From Patescibacteria group bacterium (GTDB lineage: Bacteria; Patescibacteriota; Patescibacteriia; UBA10025; JAHIVO01): a stretch of DNA of 64,000 nucleotides. Below the pieces are notes generated by a model. The model did not search any database, was not told the origin of the DNA, and saw only the letters and a program-made list of their open reading frames with translations. Location: positions 119,770 to 183,769 of the forward strand of contig JBAZKE010000001.1 in assembly GCA_041650915.1 (NCBI GenBank). The letters are read 5' to 3'. Numbering within the stretch: the first letter of the stretch is position 1; the number at the start of each line of letters is the position of its first letter. Both the position numbers and the translations under genes were made by a program. This document shows, piece after piece, positions 50,390 through 60,001 of this stretch.

Positions 50390-50878
50390 ATGCGTATGAA
50401 AAAAGCATTACTCATCGCTGCGGTTTTCGTGCTCGCCGTTACGCTGAGTGCGTGCGGTGAAAAAGCTGCCGAGACGCTCATTGAAAGCTCGACGAACGAA
50501 AGCGCGGACGTTGATATTGACGATGACAGCCTTTCGATCAACACGAACGGCAGCTCGATGCAGTTCGGGGATGCGGCGAGTGTACCTGATAATTTTCCGT
50601 CAGATGTTTACGTGATAAGCGGAACGGTGCTGTCATCGCTCACGATCGATGAGACGGACGGGTTCCAGGTGGGAATTGAAACGGACGATTCAGTTGCGGA
50701 CGTGAAAGCTGAGTACCAGTCGCAGCTCACCGATGACGGCTGGGAGATCACTGCTACTCTCGACGTCGGGGACGGCATGACCATGACCGGCGAGAAGGAA
50801 AACCGTTATGTGACCGTTTCGGCGAATGTCGTCGATGACAAGACGAACGTCACTATCATTACCGGTTCAAACGAGTAG
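50390..50878 (+). CDS. lipoprotein of unknown function
   Basis: Lipobox LSAC; acidic, VPDNFPSDV motif. Confidence 0.8.
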   Translation: MRMKKALLIAAVFVLAVTLSACGEKAAETLIESSTNESADVDIDDDSLSINTNGSSMQFGDAASVPDNFPSDVYVISGTVLSSLTIDETDGFQVGIETDDSVADVKAEYQSQLTDDGWEITATLDVGDGMTMTGEKENRYVTVSANVVDDKTNVTIITGSNE

Positions 50879-50999
50879 GTTTTCCAAAAACAGGAAAGAA
50901 TATACTCTACCCCCGAATTTTTTCGGGGGTAGTTTTCTATTGAAAGAACGTTCAATTTATGCTATAATGTAGATACAAATCAAAATAAAAAACAAAAAA

Positions 51000-51230
51000 A
51001 TGAAAGAAAAGTTTATATCCGCCGGGATTGTAAGCTTACTGATTGGAGTAGGAGCTTTTTTGATTAGCATTTCCGGATCAGCCGCACAGGGTGAGGTACA
51101 GGCTGCCGCTGATTTTACCATTACCGTTACTGGCAGAGTGATGCTGTCGGACGGCGAAGACGAAGTGCTCGTCATGCCCCGTTCAGGTGGCGGCCCCAAC
51201 GTCAGGATCATTGAGCCGGGGGATATTTAG
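51000..51230 (+). pseudogene. internally deleted FG-GAP surface-protein gene (signal peptide fused to the last repeat)
   Basis: 51150-51214 matches 53898-53962 at 61/65 nt; N-terminus is a signal peptide plus TITVTG. Confidence 0.7.
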
Positions 51231-51245
51231 AAATAACATAAAAAT

Positions 51246-53978
51246 ATGAGTAAACATTTTGCATCCTCTTTGATTGTTATTTTTTCTTGCACGATTGTCA
51301 TACTCTTTTTTTCCACATTAGCAATTGATGTGGAAGCAGTGACTGAATCAACGCTACCTATTATTACAGTTACGGGGACATTATACGGGTATGATGATAC
51401 CCCTGTAAATAGGGGCGTAACAGTGATGCTCTATGTTGGACGAGATAATAGTCCTTATAATGAACAATTTCAAATAGGGCAGGGAGATACGGTAAGTAAT
51501 GAGGGTGATTTTTCGGTTACCTCGTGGGATTGGGGATCGTTGGGGGGTTACTTTGAGGGTGGCACCGATCCGTACACTCCAGAGCAGCTCGCAGCATACG
51601 ATCCAGAGACATACCACGTGTACGTTACTTTCATTGGTGAGAGTAAGCAGATGATTCGTGATGTAAATGGTGATTTTAAAAAGCAGCATCGGCCTGATCG
51701 AATTGATCTTGGGATCGTAACCAGCAATAAAACATTTAAACTTGGGGATATTAGTTTTCGAGAACCAAACGTGTATGGGCGAATTCTGACGGATGATGGA
51801 ATCTACACTGCTGAGACGAGAATGTTGATCACTCCAAAGGGAGAAGAAGCAACATATGATGACCAGATGATTAGTGATATCATGGGTTTTTGGATGTATC
51901 GTGAGCCAGGTGAGTACACGGTGAAGCTCTATGATGAGTATGATGAGTGGGCAGGAGGATTTCAGCCCGCAATAACGGAATCAAATTTAATGCGCACCTT
52001 TGACATAACTATAGGTCAAAATGGTATTCAGTCTGCAGATTTTTTTGAAAATGATAATCACCTTGATGAAGAAGGATACATCGCAATACCGCAAGGTGTT
52101 GTTTCGCCATCAATTGATTCTCTGCTAGCAGAAATAAATACAACTACACTTTCAAAAGACACTGTCGGCCTCAACGTTCACCTCGCCATCACGAGCGGAG
52201 CAGGCTATGACGCCTCAATGATTGAAGCGTTGACGGAGTCTGAAACGCGGTGGGTCCGGGAACGTTTTGACATCGAATCATACGCTCAGCCGTCGGTACC
52301 AGAGCGCTATGAAGAGGTGCGCAATTTGTACCGGGACAACGGGATGAATATTGTTGGAATGATCGCCGGAGGCGTTGACCAGCTTCCAAGCATTGATGGC
52401 TGGAAAGAGTTTGTAACCGAAGTAGTTACCGCCCACAAAGACTACATCAAGGTGTGGGAAATGTGGAATGAGCCGGATCTGGAAAAGTATTTTTTACCGA
52501 ATACTGTTGCCGCCTACATTCCATATCTCAAGGCCGGATACGAGGCGGTTAAAGCGGTCGATCCTGATGCGCTTGTCTTGCATGCGCCGCTTTCATGGCC
52601 AAACGCCTCATTCCTCGAGGGTTTGTACCAGCAGGCAGGGGATTATTTTGACGAACCGTCTTTCCATGTGTACTACTGTGATCGATATAAAGCAGACGGT
52701 AACCTGGATTCGCTGCAGCGCGACTTCGCAAGCGCACTTGCCGTCGTGAACAAGTACCGCTCGTCGGATAAAATCTGGATTACCGAGCTTGGGTGCTCGA
52801 CCTATAGTGATTACTCGGAAGATTTTCAGAATCAGTACCTACAAGCAGCGGTACCATATTTACTCTCGACAAACGAAGTTGAAAAAGTATTATTGTTTAA
52901 TGTTATTGATAGAAACACTGGCGATGCATATGAGGATGATTTTGGTTTACTGAAAACAGATTTTTCTGCAAAACCTGCGTGGGAATGGTATATGACTTTT
53001 CAGGCAGGGACTTCAGTTTCAAATCAATACACCGCCCCCGTCGCCTCCGGCACATCCTTTTTCGCGTACGCCCAATCCCTCCGGGGCGGGTACCAGCTCA
53101 CGTCAGGGAACGTCTTGGGTTCCGATGCTGCCGAGATCATCACCGGCACGGGCGACGGCATGGGCCCCCACGTACAGGTATTTGACGCAAACGGCAACAA
53201 GAAAGCCCAGTTTTTCGCGTACGACCAGTCCCTTCGCAATGGCGTCACGGTCTCAGCCTGCGACGTGAACGGTGACGGCTACGACGAGATCGTCACTGCC
53301 CAGGGCACGGGAGGCTGGCCTGTAGTAAGGATCTTTGATTCAGGCGGCACCCAGGTAGCCGATGAGTTCTACGTTCTGGACGGCAAATACACGGGCGGCG
53401 TCCACCTCTCGTGCGGCGATACGGACGGCGACGGTACCTCCGAGATCGTGGTTGCTGCCCGCCAGGGCGGCGGCCCCCACGTACTGGTGTACAGCATGGA
53501 AGGCAAAATCCTCACCAATTTCATGGCATACGACCCCAACTTCAGAGGGGGCATCAACATCACCACCATTGACATGGACGGGGACGGCAAGGATGAGATC
53601 GTGACCGGACCCCAGTGGGGCGCCCCCCATGTCCAGATATTCCAAATCAGGCCCAATGAGCTCAAACGGCTCTCCCCCGGGTTCTACGCGTTCAACACCG
53701 ACTACCGCGGCGGGGTGCAGGTTGCCGGGCTTGATACGGACGGCGACGGCACCAAGGAGCTCATTGTCGGTGTCGGCGACAACGCCACGCCTTTAGTCCG
53801 CCGCTACAACATCCGCGAAGAACTCCAGCAGGAATTCTTCGCCTTCGGCACCAATTACCTTGGCGGCGTCATGGTCGCAGGCGGCGATATTGATGCTGAC
53901 GGCAAAGACGAAGTGCTCGTCATGCCCCGTTCAGGTGGCGGGCCCAATGTCCGGATCATTGAAACATCCGAAATATGA
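51246..53978 (+). CDS. secreted clan GH-A glycoside hydrolase (GH39/GH5-like) with FG-GAP repeat C-terminus
   Basis: WEMWNEPD (acid/base), IWITELG (nucleophile), FGLL...KPAW; C-terminal GGPHV/DxDGDG repeats. Confidence 0.82.
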   Translation: MSKHFASSLIVIFSCTIVILFFSTLAIDVEAVTESTLPIITVTGTLYGYDDTPVNRGVTVMLYVGRDNSPYNEQFQIGQGDTVSNEGDFSVTSWDWGSLGGYFEGGTDPYTPEQLAAYDPETYHVYVTFIGESKQMIRDVNGDFKKQHRPDRIDLGIVTSNKTFKLGDISFREPNVYGRILTDDGIYTAETRMLITPKGEEATYDDQMISDIMGFWMYREPGEYTVKLYDEYDEWAGGFQPAITESNLMRTFDITIGQNGIQSADFFENDNHLDEEGYIAIPQGVVSPSIDSLLAEINTTTLSKDTVGLNVHLAITSGAGYDASMIEALTESETRWVRERFDIESYAQPSVPERYEEVRNLYRDNGMNIVGMIAGGVDQLPSIDGWKEFVTEVVTAHKDYIKVWEMWNEPDLEKYFLPNTVAAYIPYLKAGYEAVKAVDPDALVLHAPLSWPNASFLEGLYQQAGDYFDEPSFHVYYCDRYKADGNLDSLQRDFASALAVVNKYRSSDKIWITELGCSTYSDYSEDFQNQYLQAAVPYLLSTNEVEKVLLFNVIDRNTGDAYEDDFGLLKTDFSAKPAWEWYMTFQAGTSVSNQYTAPVASGTSFFAYAQSLRGGYQLTSGNVLGSDAAEIITGTGDGMGPHVQVFDANGNKKAQFFAYDQSLRNGVTVSACDVNGDGYDEIVTAQGTGGWPVVRIFDSGGTQVADEFYVLDGKYTGGVHLSCGDTDGDGTSEIVVAARQGGGPHVLVYSMEGKILTNFMAYDPNFRGGINITTIDMDGDGKDEIVTGPQWGAPHVQIFQIRPNELKRLSPGFYAFNTDYRGGVQVAGLDTDGDGTKELIVGVGDNATPLVRRYNIREELQQEFFAFGTNYLGGVMVAGGDIDADGKDEVLVMPRSGGGPNVRIIETSEI

Positions 53979-54769
53979 TTGAAGGCGTGCCATACGGTCC
54001 AATCCTCGCTCTCGCGTTTATATCCGGAATCACGACAATAATCGGCGTGGCGTTCGCGTACCTGTGCAGGCGGAGCTCCACTATCATCGTGGCGGGCATC
54101 GGTTTTTCAACTGGCATTATGGTGCTTATTTCAGTTTTTGAGCTCCTTCCGGAGGCGGCCAGCGAATCGGGCATTGCCGCAACGTTGTTTGCTGTAGCTC
54201 TTGGGGTTGGGCTTGCGATTCTGCTTAACCATATTATTCCGCATACCCACCTCATACGCGAGGGACGCCGTCCACACAGCGGGATGGGCCGGTGCCATGA
54301 ACCGCCCGGGAGGGGCCGCCACCGGATGGTCGTCGCCGCGTATATGATTGCACTCGGGCTCGTGCTGCACGATGTGCCTGAGGGATTTGCAATGGCTAAC
54401 TCGTATATCCACGCTCCCAACCTGGGAATCCTCGTCGCGATTGCGATAGCGCTCCACAATATTCCGGAAGAATTTGCCATGGCGATACCGCTCATCGCTG
54501 CGGGGAAGAGCCGGTCATCGGTTTTTAAAATCGGTTTTATATCAGGATTAGCCGAACCCGCCGGGGCGCTGCTCGGGCTCGTCGCTGTTCAATTAATGAG
54601 TGGCATCAATGCATACCTGCTCGGAGCGACAGCCGGAATCATGATCTACATATCTCTCCATGAACTGTGGCCAATGGCACATAGCTATAAAAAACCAGGG
54701 CTCCTCGCGATGGGCATGCTCGGAAGCGTGGCTGTGTTTGTTGCCCTAACCCTGCTCCTGCCGGAGTAG
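53975..54769 (+). CDS. ZIP (ZupT/GufA) family metal transporter
   Basis: LHDVPEG, ALHNIPEE, SGLAEPAGA. Confidence 0.92.
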   Translation: MIEGVPYGPILALAFISGITTIIGVAFAYLCRRSSTIIVAGIGFSTGIMVLISVFELLPEAASESGIAATLFAVALGVGLAILLNHIIPHTHLIREGRRPHSGMGRCHEPPGRGRHRMVVAAYMIALGLVLHDVPEGFAMANSYIHAPNLGILVAIAIALHNIPEEFAMAIPLIAAGKSRSSVFKIGFISGLAEPAGALLGLVAVQLMSGINAYLLGATAGIMIYISLHELWPMAHSYKKPGLLAMGMLGSVAVFVALTLLLPE

Positions 54770-54772
54770 TGT

Positions 54773-55648
54773 TTATGCTGCCTTTCGGCGGTAGGTTTTC
54801 AGGAAGTTGCTGAATTCCGCCAGTGCCGGGAAAAACCGCGCGCATTTTTTTGATTTCCACGGGGCGTACGTGAATTTTTTCCCCCACGCGCCGCCTCCGA
54901 AAGCGAGGCAGATGCCGTTTTTATCAGCAAATGCAAAGAGCTTCTTGTAGTATGCGGGCGATTCCTTTGTCGCATACGTCTTTGAGCTGATGATGACCCG
55001 CGGCTTGATTTTTTTCGCGGCCTTGATGAGCTCTTGGATGCTGATGTTTACGCCGAGCGTGTGGGTATTCCATCCGTTGATTTTAAAGACGAGCTCAAGC
55101 AGCTGCAGCGGAAGTTCGTGGTACTCGCCGGGCGCGCAGGTGAGAATAGCCGAGGGTGACCGTTTGGTGACCGTTGACGGCACGTACTGTGAGAGCTTCA
55201 TGAGGTGCGTACGGATCGTGAAGCTCATTCGGTGCTCTTCATACACCGAGATTGTATCATCGGACCAGTCAGCGCTCATCTGCCGCATCGTCGGCGTGAT
55301 CACCTTGCTGAGGATTCCCAGGATCGGGGAGCCCGCGAGGTACTCTTTGTCAATGATTTCAGCTGCCCGGTCTCCCTCATTATTCTTGAGGAGCCGGTAG
55401 TATGCCTTCCAGCAGTGGACGTCCGGACAGTGCTCTTTCTTGAGCAGCCGGCGCAAGACGTATGAATTTTTAGCATACCGCGGGTACTTTTTGATAAAAA
55501 ACTCGAGCTGCTCCCTGGATATTCTGCGGTGGCCTCCGGCGGTGAGGTCTGTTTCGAGGTAGCCGTTATCAGCCCACCGTTTGATCGTGGAGACGTTTAC
55601 CCCGAAGAGCGGGGCGAGCTGCGGTGGCGTAAAATGCACGTTTTGCAT
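54773..55648 (-). CDS. MerR-type HTH plus cobalamin-binding domain regulator (CarH/LitR-like)
   Basis: FGVNVSTIKRW...TAGGHRR HTH; W-x9-EH; GEYHELP; LGVN. Confidence 0.82.
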   Translation of the reverse strand: MQNVHFTPPQLAPLFGVNVSTIKRWADNGYLETDLTAGGHRRISREQLEFFIKKYPRYAKNSYVLRRLLKKEHCPDVHCWKAYYRLLKNNEGDRAAEIIDKEYLAGSPILGILSKVITPTMRQMSADWSDDTISVYEEHRMSFTIRTHLMKLSQYVPSTVTKRSPSAILTCAPGEYHELPLQLLELVFKINGWNTHTLGVNISIQELIKAAKKIKPRVIISSKTYATKESPAYYKKLFAFADKNGICLAFGGGAWGKKFTYAPWKSKKCARFFPALAEFSNFLKTYRRKAA

Positions 55649-55757
55649 ACCCCTACTGTACCAGAAATCCGCCCAGAGTCAACCGGTGGCTCCTTGACGA
55701 GATTGTTCAGGCCGTGTACGATGATCCGTACAGTAACCTGTCGGGTGTCTGCCTACT

Positions 55758-56045
55758 ATGAAAATTCAACGGAAAAAAAAGAAGGGAACGGTACCGGGTA
55801 CGAGCAGGAACAAGGCCACTGTGCAAAAGGATATTCTCATCGGAGAACTTTTACATAAGTACCCCGAAGCGGCCTCCGTACTTATGCGCCACGGCTTTCA
55901 CTGTATCGGATGCGCCGTATCGCCGTACGAGTCTCTCGAAGCCGGTGCAGCGGTACACGGCATACCCCTCGAACCGCTCATGAAAGAGCTTAATGCCGTG
56001 CTGGCCGAGCGTAATGGGCCGAGCGGCACGAGTTATCCTCGATAG
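55758..56045 (+). CDS. DUF1858 domain protein
   Basis: IGELLHKYPEA...GFHCIGC...ESLEAGAAVHG. Confidence 0.88.
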   Translation: MKIQRKKKKGTVPGTSRNKATVQKDILIGELLHKYPEAASVLMRHGFHCIGCAVSPYESLEAGAAVHGIPLEPLMKELNAVLAERNGPSGTSYPR

Positions 56046-56164
56046 GATCGGGCGTGGATTGATGGGGGTTTGACTGCAGTGATGCAGGTGTCTTTGTTTT
56101 TTCAAAAAAGGTACGCTATACTGTATGTACCGTATGAATGGTTACGCATTGAGGAGCATGGGTT

Positions 56165-57088
56165 ATGCCAATTAAGTTTAACAAAATTTACAACCTCAGG
56201 TGGGTCCACATTACCGATATCACTGACGAAGATATCGAGTACCTTGAGGAGAATTTCAAATTTCACCCCCTCGATATCAAGGACTGCCGGGAAGGAGTGC
56301 AGCGGCCAAAGCTCGACATCTATTCCGGGTATCTGTTTATGATTTACCATTTTCCGATCTATGATGAGCGGACGCGCCGCGTGCACGTTTCATCGCTGAA
56401 TGTTTTCCTCGGCATAGACTACCTTATCACGCTCACGACCGAGCCGGATAAATCGCTCAATGACTATTTCGCGCGCATGCAGAAGAAGGTGAAGCGCGGT
56501 TTCAAATTTGATGAGCTAAAAAATAATCCCGCATACCTCCTCTATAAGATTATCGACATGCGCTACCGCCAGAGCTTTTCGGTCATTAACGTTGTTGCCG
56601 AGCAGCTGTCTGTGGTCGAGGAGGAAGTGTACTCGAGCAGGAATAAAGCCGCCACGACGAATCTCGCGATCATCAGGAGGAATATCCTCAATCTCCGCCG
56701 GTTGCTCGAACCGCAGATTAAAATGATTGACCGCCTCGTCCATCTTAAAGGGCAGCTGATCCCCGACAGGCTCTCTGTGTACTATGATGATGTGCATGAC
56801 TACATCGAGAATACCTGGGCAGCGTTCGAAGGCTACCGCGATACGGTCGATGGCTTGTACTCGACGAACGAGTCGATGATCAACCAGAAGACGAACGAGG
56901 TCATCAAGACACTGACGCTCATTTCAGTTGCACTGCTGCCGATGACGCTCGTTGCGAGCATCTACGGCATGAACGTCGAGGGGCTTCCGTTCGCAGACCA
57001 TCCGATCGGTCTCTGGGTAGTCTTCGTGCTCATGGGTTGTATCGTACTCACGAGCATTTATTTTGCCCGTCGGAATAACATGATTTAA
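56165..57088 (+). CDS. corA: CorA family Mg2+ transporter
   Basis: FHPLDIKDC...QRPK, NEVIKTLT, IYGMN. Confidence 0.9.
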   Translation: MPIKFNKIYNLRWVHITDITDEDIEYLEENFKFHPLDIKDCREGVQRPKLDIYSGYLFMIYHFPIYDERTRRVHVSSLNVFLGIDYLITLTTEPDKSLNDYFARMQKKVKRGFKFDELKNNPAYLLYKIIDMRYRQSFSVINVVAEQLSVVEEEVYSSRNKAATTNLAIIRRNILNLRRLLEPQIKMIDRLVHLKGQLIPDRLSVYYDDVHDYIENTWAAFEGYRDTVDGLYSTNESMINQKTNEVIKTLTLISVALLPMTLVASIYGMNVEGLPFADHPIGLWVVFVLMGCIVLTSIYFARRNNMI

Positions 57089-57110
57089 TACATAAGACAG
57101 GCTGGCGGCT

Positions 57111-58640
57111 ATGCCATTTTTTTTACGCGCACGCAAGCTCGACTTCGCATCCGGCGGACAGCCGTGGGTTGTCGTGCTTCAGCAGGAAGAGGCGAAGACC
57201 TTCGGAATTGTCATGGGTGACCTCATTGAGATCCGCTGGAAACACAACCGTGCAACGGCGGTTGCGTACTACACCCGCAGCAAGGTTCAGAAGGGCGAGA
57301 TCGGTTTTTTTCGGGAAATTTGGAAGTACCGTTCAGTCAAGCTCAACGAACCCGTTTCGTTGCGTGTTTTGTCGCGCCCGCACTCTATCGAGGCAATCCG
57401 GAAGAAGCTTTTGGGCGGTGAGCTCTCGTACGATGAGATGCATTCGATCATCGACGATATCGTGCACCACAAGCTTTCAAAAGTAGAGACGACATACTTC
57501 GTCGCGTCGAGCTTCATTAAACCGTTCACCAACGAGGAGCTGTACTACATGACGAAGGCAATGGCTGAGACCGGGGAGGTGCTTAAGCTGCCGTCAAAGA
57601 TTATTGCCGATAAGCACTCAATCGGCGGCGTTGCCGGCAACAGGACAACAATGGTAGTCATCCCGATTGTTGCTTCCTATGGCGTCGTCATACCGAAAAC
57701 TTCGTCGAGGGCCATTACCTCTCCTGCCGGCACGGCTGATACGATGGAGGTACTCGCGCCGGTTTCAATCCCCTTCAATAAGGTGCAGCAGATTATTAAG
57801 AAAATTCAGTGTTGCTTGATATGGGGCGGCAGTTTTCGCCTGGCTCCGGCTGATGACTATATCATTCGCGTACAGCACTCGCTCCGGCTCGAGCCGCTCG
57901 ATAAGATGGTCGTCAGCATCATGGCCAAGAAGGTTGCGATGGGCGTTACCCACCTCGTCGTTGACTTGCCGTACGGTCCGCATGTCAAGGTGACAACAAA
58001 GGAACAGGCAATCGGTGTCAAGAAGGACTTTGAGTACGTAGCAAAGCGTTTTGGGATCAAGATTAATGTCGTACTGACTGAAACGATGGAGCCGGTAGGC
58101 CGTGGCATCGGCCCTGCGCTCGAGGCGCGCGATGTGCTGCGGGTGCTGCAACAGAAGGACTACCGGCCGTCAGATCTGCAGAAGAAAAGCGTCCGATTGG
58201 CCGGTAAACTGCTCGAGCTGACCGGAAAGGCAAAACCAGGCCAGGGTCACATGCTCGCGGCGGAAGCGCTCTCGTCAGGCAAAGCATGGAAGAAAATGCA
58301 GCAAATCATTAAAGAACAGGGAGGAAATCCGAATGTGGATTCAGAAGATGTGACTATGGCAGCATCGCGGTGCCGCCAGCACGCCGCCTTCAGCGGTATC
58401 GTTGTCGATGTTGATGATGAGATGATTGATCAGGTTGCGAGAATCCTCGGCGCCCCGCATGAGAAACTCGCCGGCATCTATATCAATAAGCACCTCGGCC
58501 AGACAGTGCGGAAAGGAGAGCGCCTGTTTACCCTGTATGGCCAGAGCGATGACCGCATCAGCCTGGCGCTCGAGGCGCTCAAGAAACGGAGAATTTTTGA
58601 GATCGAGCGGCATAATATCACTGAGGGAGTAAGCGGTTAA
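57111..58640 (+). CDS. AMP phosphorylase / thymidine phosphorylase family (archaeal type, long N-terminus)
   Basis: DKHSIGGVAGNRT, PKTSSRAITSPAGTADTMEVLA, GRGIGPALEA. Confidence 0.9.
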   Translation: MPFFLRARKLDFASGGQPWVVVLQQEEAKTFGIVMGDLIEIRWKHNRATAVAYYTRSKVQKGEIGFFREIWKYRSVKLNEPVSLRVLSRPHSIEAIRKKLLGGELSYDEMHSIIDDIVHHKLSKVETTYFVASSFIKPFTNEELYYMTKAMAETGEVLKLPSKIIADKHSIGGVAGNRTTMVVIPIVASYGVVIPKTSSRAITSPAGTADTMEVLAPVSIPFNKVQQIIKKIQCCLIWGGSFRLAPADDYIIRVQHSLRLEPLDKMVVSIMAKKVAMGVTHLVVDLPYGPHVKVTTKEQAIGVKKDFEYVAKRFGIKINVVLTETMEPVGRGIGPALEARDVLRVLQQKDYRPSDLQKKSVRLAGKLLELTGKAKPGQGHMLAAEALSSGKAWKKMQQIIKEQGGNPNVDSEDVTMAASRCRQHAAFSGIVVDVDDEMIDQVARILGAPHEKLAGIYINKHLGQTVRKGERLFTLYGQSDDRISLALEALKKRRIFEIERHNITEGVSG

Positions 58641-58867
58641 TGTTTTTGAAATGAAAGGTCAGGCAGCGCGCTGCCCTTCAGCGAGCGTATAAAATGGGCA
58701 GGGTGTTTTTTCTTGCCCATCGCTGCACAGGCAGAATCCAGAGTTGAGCGCTTGAGGGGGCATTACGTTTTTTTAACAACGACGCTTAGATCCCATATTC
58801 TCTCAGTTTAATGGATGAACGGATTCGTTCGAGTTGAAAAAACTGCCGGTACGTATAGAATAACAGC

Positions 58868-59248
58868 ATGAAGCTCGAACAGTTTGAACAGTATGTCCGC
58901 GAAGCGATCGCGGAAGTGCCCGTTGCGGTTCGCGGACAAATGAGTAATGTCGCGTTCGTGGTAGAAAATTCGGTTCGCGCAGCCCGGCAAACAGAGCGGC
59001 AAATCAGGTCGCGCGGCTTGCTCCTTGGGCTGTATGAGGGAGTGCCGTTGCCTGGGCGGAGTGCGTACTATTCGGGCGTTCTGCCAGATAAAATTACGCT
59101 TTTCAAGCGCTCGATCGAGCAAATCGCCGGTTCGGATCCGTCTTCGGTCCGGCAGCTTATACGCGAGGTCGTACATCATGAGATCGGACACTACCTCGGG
59201 ATGAATGAGCGGGAGGTGCGTGCGTGGGAGCGAAGGCGGAGGCGGTGA
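58868..59248 (+). CDS. zincin-like metallopeptidase (DUF1025/Zincin_1)
   Basis: LLGLYEGVPL, PDKITLF, HEIGHYLG. Confidence 0.88.
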   Translation: MKLEQFEQYVREAIAEVPVAVRGQMSNVAFVVENSVRAARQTERQIRSRGLLLGLYEGVPLPGRSAYYSGVLPDKITLFKRSIEQIAGSDPSSVRQLIREVVHHEIGHYLGMNEREVRAWERRRRR

Positions 59249-59249
59249 A

Positions 59250-59304
59250 TTGACATCATAATGAACAGGGGGTATAATACTTATTGATAATTATTCTCAA
59301 TAAG
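59250..59304 (+). promoter_or_regulatory. consensus sigma70 promoter and Fur/Per-box-like operator
   Basis: ttgaca-17-tataat (59250-59278); near-palindrome cttattgataattattctcaataag (59280-59304). Confidence 0.85.
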
Positions 59305-59313
59305 TTTTTTGCA

Positions 59314-59877
59314 ATGCCCCGGCAGAAGGCCCCAGCGACGAAGAAAAGCGATTGGCGCTTGACCAAACAGCGCCTCGTTATCTTGGATTACGTGCGGCGG
59401 GATCATTCGCACCCTACTGCAGAAGCGATTTTTTCCGGCGTCAAGAAGGTGCTCCCTCGGATCAGCATCGGCACCGTATACCGGAACTTGGGCTTTCTGC
59501 GTGAACACGGCTACCTGAAGGAGTTTGCCATCGATAAGGTTACTCGATTTGAGGGCAGGGTCGACAGTCACGTGCACTTTGTGTGCGAGCAGTGCCATGG
59601 GATTGAAGACCTCCGGGGCAGTACGGATGCCAGGCTCATGCGGGAGATGAAAAAGCTCGCCCGGAGTAACCATTTTATGGTTCGGTCGGAGAACTACGAG
59701 ATTCGGGGCGTGTGCAGAAAGTGCCAGCGTACGCATTCGCCGCAAGAGCTCACCCCCGAACTTTTCTGCATGGCATGCGGCGACCTGCTCGAAGATTTAA
59801 AAAAAGACACGCCTGTATGTAAAGCGTGCAGTTTCAGTGCTAACTGCGATTACTATGCCTCTGCAAAATCGCGATAG
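59314..59877 (+). CDS. Fur/PerR family regulator with extra Cys-rich C-terminal tail
   Basis: RLTKQR, HPTAEAIF, ISIGTVYRNL, HVHFVCEQC, GVCRKC, plus CMAC...CKAC...C. Confidence 0.9.
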   Translation: MPRQKAPATKKSDWRLTKQRLVILDYVRRDHSHPTAEAIFSGVKKVLPRISIGTVYRNLGFLREHGYLKEFAIDKVTRFEGRVDSHVHFVCEQCHGIEDLRGSTDARLMREMKKLARSNHFMVRSENYEIRGVCRKCQRTHSPQELTPELFCMACGDLLEDLKKDTPVCKACSFSANCDYYASAKSR

Positions 59878-60001
59878 GTATTACGGCGACCATACGCAGG
59901 ACTGCCCGGTCTGCGGTGCGATGATGTGCTCGCTCAGCGGCGGCAAGTCGTCGGTATGCGAAAACTGCGGGTATAAGGAGAGCTGCTGCTACTGACGCCG
60001 T

